Shown here in pieces: positions 17,072 to 20,000 of a stretch of 20,000 nucleotides of DNA. Within the stretch, counting starts at the first letter, position 1. Each line of letters begins with the position of its first letter. Position numbers and translations under genes: made by a program. The DNA lies in sequence record SRR31156797_760, one strand, 5' to 3'. Below the pieces are notes generated by a model, which was given only the letters and a program-made list of their open reading frames with translations, had not been told where the DNA came from and did not search any database.

Positions 17072-17112
17072 TACCAAACCTCTTGCAGGGTACCTTCGCC
17101 TCGGAGCAAACA

Positions 17113-17766
17113 ATGATCGAACAAAACACTATCAGGGTTCCTCAGCAGACCCGAAGTATCGAAAAAAAGAAACGGCTTATGGATGCGGCCATGGCAGAAT
17201 TCGGCGCAAAGGGGTTCCATGGCACAAATGCCAAGGGAATTGCCAAAGGCGCAGATGTTTCTGTTGGAACTTTTTACGCCTATTTCACCGATAAAAAAGC
17301 AATTCTGTTTGAAATAATCAACCAGCATCTGATCGAAATCGACCAGTCCATATTCAAGACGCTCACCCGCAAGATTAAAGAGGGGGCTACGGGCAGGGAA
17401 GTGATCGGCCACATTGTCAAACTAGGACATGAAGCACACCATCATTCCCCGGAACTTTTGCGGGTCATGCTTTCCATGCAATACATTGACGAAGATTTTA
17501 AAGAATATGCTGCAACAGAATTCAATGGCACAACCACAAAGCTGAGTAAATTTCTCAAAACCATGAGCGACCGTCTCCGCATCACCGACATGGAGGCGGC
17601 AGCTCAGGTGGTCGCCAACGCGTTCGAAGAGACCATGCACTCGGTAGCCACCGGTAGGCCCCACGTTGAACAAAACCGCCTATATAATGCTCTGATCGAC
17701 ATGACCTCCATATACCTTTTCAAAGATCCGGATGTACCGCTTTCCTACCCTTCACAAGATAACTAA
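17113..17766 (+). CDS. TetR/AcrR family transcriptional regulator
   Basis: PQQTRS..KKKRLMDAAMAEFGAKGFHGTNAKGIAKGADVSVGTFYAYFTDK is a TetR HTH. GGAG RBS before ATG 17113. Confidence 0.93.
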   Translation: MIEQNTIRVPQQTRSIEKKKRLMDAAMAEFGAKGFHGTNAKGIAKGADVSVGTFYAYFTDKKAILFEIINQHLIEIDQSIFKTLTRKIKEGATGREVIGHIVKLGHEAHHHSPELLRVMLSMQYIDEDFKEYAATEFNGTTTKLSKFLKTMSDRLRITDMEAAAQVVANAFEETMHSVATGRPHVEQNRLYNALIDMTSIYLFKDPDVPLSYPSQDN

Positions 17767-17814
17767 AATTTATAACCCCCTTGTCACAACCCCGCACACA
17801 TCGTAAAGAAAGGT

Positions 17815-18576
17815 ATGCTCAACATACTTCGCCATGTGGTTGTGTTCATCATCCTCGTTTGCCTCCAGGTGGTCACAAGTCATGCGCAGTCAACACCCGA
17901 TCCGGCAACTCGCCTCGCATACCTGACTGAAGAGTTCAAACCATATAACTATACGGAAAATAATCATCAGACAGGATTGGCCGTCGACCTCCTGAAAATA
18001 ATATGGAAGGAAATAAACATCACACCACAGCCTCTTCATTTCCTTCCCTGGACTCGTGCTTACGAAATGCTTGAATCCGAAAAAAACATTGTCCTTTTTT
18101 CCATGCTCAGAACACCAGAACGAGAAAAACTTTTCAAATGGGCCGGGCCGATCGCCCTCTCCACAACTTTCTTTTATGCAAAGGCAGACTCTCCCATCAC
18201 CTTACAGTCTTTCACAGATGCTCAAGGACTATCCGTTGGCATTGTCAAAGGCTATGCTTCGGAAGGGCTACTCGCAAAAAAAAGTCACATAGTCCGCATC
18301 AATTCTCTGAAATCCGTTCAGGCCTGCATTGATATGCTTCTATCATCAAGAGTCGATCTCATTTCATTGGAAGCGCGGACTTTCGACAAAACTATTCGTG
18401 AGATGGGCCTCGCCCCAGACAACTTCAAAGCCGTGTGGAAAATTTCTGAAATGCGATCCTATTACGCCTTCAGCAAAGACGTTCCTGACACGCTCGTTGA
18501 TCGGTTTCAAAAAGCTATTGACCGGGTACGCAGCTCCTCTGTTTATAAGGATCTCGTCCGTCGTTATCTTCATTGA
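17815..18576 (+). CDS. Family-3 periplasmic solute-binding protein
   Basis: Signal peptide, TEEFKPYNY, GLAVDLL, LPWTRA, RTPEREKLFKWAGPI and YYAFSK. Confidence 0.88.
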   Translation: MLNILRHVVVFIILVCLQVVTSHAQSTPDPATRLAYLTEEFKPYNYTENNHQTGLAVDLLKIIWKEINITPQPLHFLPWTRAYEMLESEKNIVLFSMLRTPEREKLFKWAGPIALSTTFFYAKADSPITLQSFTDAQGLSVGIVKGYASEGLLAKKSHIVRINSLKSVQACIDMLLSSRVDLISLEARTFDKTIREMGLAPDNFKAVWKISEMRSYYAFSKDVPDTLVDRFQKAIDRVRSSSVYKDLVRRYLH

Positions 18577-18638
18577 TCCCGGATTTACACCCGCCCCGCA
18601 CCCTGATACAAGAGCGCCAGACAACAGCGAGGATTATT

Positions 18639-19298
18639 ATGTTCACAGGACTGGTCATGGGTATGGGGCGTATCGAAGCCGCTGAAAATCGGGGAGCTGA
18701 AACGCGATTCCGCATTAAGGCGTTATTCGATCTCAACGACATCGAACTGGGTGAATCCATTGCGGTAAACGGCGTCTGCCTGACCGTGGAAACCTTTGGC
18801 GATGGTTGGTTCACCTGTTACGCTTCCAAAGAAACCACCTCTGTCACCAGCCTTGGTACATTGCGAATGGGATCCTCCGTCAATCTTGAACGCGCCATGG
18901 CTATGGGAGATCGTTTTGGCGGGCACATCGTGTCCGGCCATGTGGACTGCATGGCTGAAGTGTCCGAAATTCGTCCTTCCGGTGAATCAAAAATCTACCG
19001 CCTCACCTTTGATGCCGCGCACGGGAAATACGTCATCCCCAAAGGCTCCATTACATTGGATGGCATCAGTCTCACCGTCAACGACTGCGCTCCTACGTGG
19101 CTTGAGGTAAACATCATTCCCGAGACCCAAAAGGTGACAACTATCGGAGGTTGGTCCCCCGGCACAACGGTCAACATGGAAACCGACATCATCGGCAAAT
19201 ATGTCGAGCGCATGGTAACTCCATGGGTCGGGGACAAAGGGGCAGGCGAAACCAAGCCCGGCATCACCATGGATTATCTTCGGGAACACGGATTTTAA
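18639..19298 (+). CDS. ribE: Riboflavin synthase (alpha chain)
   Basis: Invariant N-terminal MFTG, GESIAVNGVCLTV, VNLERAM, GGHIVSGHVD, KGSITLDGISLTVN and VNMETDIIGKYV. GAGG RBS. Confidence 0.96.
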   Translation: MFTGLVMGMGRIEAAENRGAETRFRIKALFDLNDIELGESIAVNGVCLTVETFGDGWFTCYASKETTSVTSLGTLRMGSSVNLERAMAMGDRFGGHIVSGHVDCMAEVSEIRPSGESKIYRLTFDAAHGKYVIPKGSITLDGISLTVNDCAPTWLEVNIIPETQKVTTIGGWSPGTTVNMETDIIGKYVERMVTPWVGDKGAGETKPGITMDYLREHGF

Positions 19299-19307
19299 TA
19301 AATACAC

Positions 19308-19335
19308 AAGGCACGCTGCAAAGCGTGCCTTTTTT
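19308..19335 (+). terminator. Intrinsic terminator after ribE
   Basis: AAGGCACGCT-gcaa-AGCGTGCCTT, a 10-bp stem with a GNRA loop, running into a T6 tract. Confidence 0.85.
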
Positions 19336-19367
19336 GATGCGAATACCTTACATCAGGAGCAGAATTG

Positions 19368-19907
19368 ATGGCCGACCAGACCGTTCTCGTTGTCATAGAT
19401 GTTCAGAACATCATGTTTGAGACCCCCGGCGAAATCCCCTTTGAAGGCGAACGCGTTCTCAAAACCATTGAAAGCCTTATTGCTTCGGCCCGTAAAAGCA
19501 ATATTCCAGTACACTACATTCAGCACACCACTGAAGGGGCGGGATCTGAATTTGAAAAGGACTCCCACAACTGGTTGTTCAAATCTGAAATAGCCCCGCA
19601 GGATGGCGACCTCGTTTCCTCCAAATCCTCGTATGACGCATTCTGGAAAACTGATTTTGATGCCAACCTCAAAAGTCTCGGGGCCAAAAGGCTTGTCTTC
19701 TGTGGGCTTCAGACTGAATGTTGTGTGGATACCACTATTCGAAGTGCTTTGGCCCATGGGTATGAGAATGTTTTGATCGGCGATGCGCATACTTCATACG
19801 ACAATGGAGTACTCACGGGGGAACAGATTGTGTGTCATCATAATCAGACCTTGAACAGGCGGTTTTGTAGGGTTGTTATGGCGAGGGATTTTAGCTTCGA
19901 TGAATAA
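19368..19907 (+). CDS. Isochorismatase-like cysteine hydrolase
   Basis: Catalytic triad motifs VIDVQN (D), SKSSYDAF (K) and GLQTECCVDTT (C), plus DAHT. AGGAG RBS before ATG 19368. Confidence 0.92.
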   Translation: MADQTVLVVIDVQNIMFETPGEIPFEGERVLKTIESLIASARKSNIPVHYIQHTTEGAGSEFEKDSHNWLFKSEIAPQDGDLVSSKSSYDAFWKTDFDANLKSLGAKRLVFCGLQTECCVDTTIRSALAHGYENVLIGDAHTSYDNGVLTGEQIVCHHNQTLNRRFCRVVMARDFSFDE

Positions 19908-20000
19908 TTAAAGCAGACGGGGTTTAAACCCCGACGGGAAATAAGAAATAAGGAAGGGCTGCTTTCATGTGGCCTTTTTCTTTGAAGATGCGCCTTCGGC

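Noticed and set aside
17069-17112. Sec readthrough or fusion at the methyltransferase TGA (also considered TGA stops at 7619 and 18574)
   Set aside because: The proteins appear complete, there is no Cys-motif context or SECIS-like hairpin, and TetR has its own RBS at 17103-17106.
16401-18638. Insert as an IS, transposon or integron cassette
   Set aside because: No transposase or integrase, terminal inverted repeats or target-site duplication could be identified by eye.
1-20000. CRISPR arrays, tRNA or rRNA genes, prophage or defence genes
   Set aside because: No regularly spaced repeats, cloverleaf or rRNA signatures, or such protein motifs were seen, and the intergenic gaps are short and mostly explained.

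Overview
A gene-dense chromosomal window, about 22 CDS, from what looks like a sulfate-reducing Desulfovibrionaceae (Pseudodesulfovibrio-like) genome; this assignment is inferred from gene content and order. In order it holds: a partial family-3 solute-binding protein, a sigma54-promoted SHOCT membrane protein, gltX, a small NifU-C protein, an HDOD protein, a cstA-secreted protein-OprD porin cluster, an MBL-fold hydrolase divergent from a GNCQ/SGNH-like protein, a ZraP-DUF4405-ZraS-ZraR-like sigma54 stress operon, an FmdB zinc-ribbon gene, and dCMP deaminase-ribD...ribE split by a methyltransferase-TetR-SBP insert, then a cysteine hydrolase. No rRNA, tRNA, CRISPR array or transposase was seen. 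Three signals stand out. (1) The FmdB gene has an in-frame TGA followed by a SECIS-like hairpin, suggesting an unannotated C-terminal selenocysteine. (2) Two sigma54 promoters about 13.5 kb apart share the same GTGCA-N6-TGCAC enhancer at nearly the same spacing, tying the orphan SHOCT gene to the ZraR-like regulon. (3) Tandem ATGAAC-N4-GTTCAT operators mark a self-regulated TetR cassette inside the rib operon.
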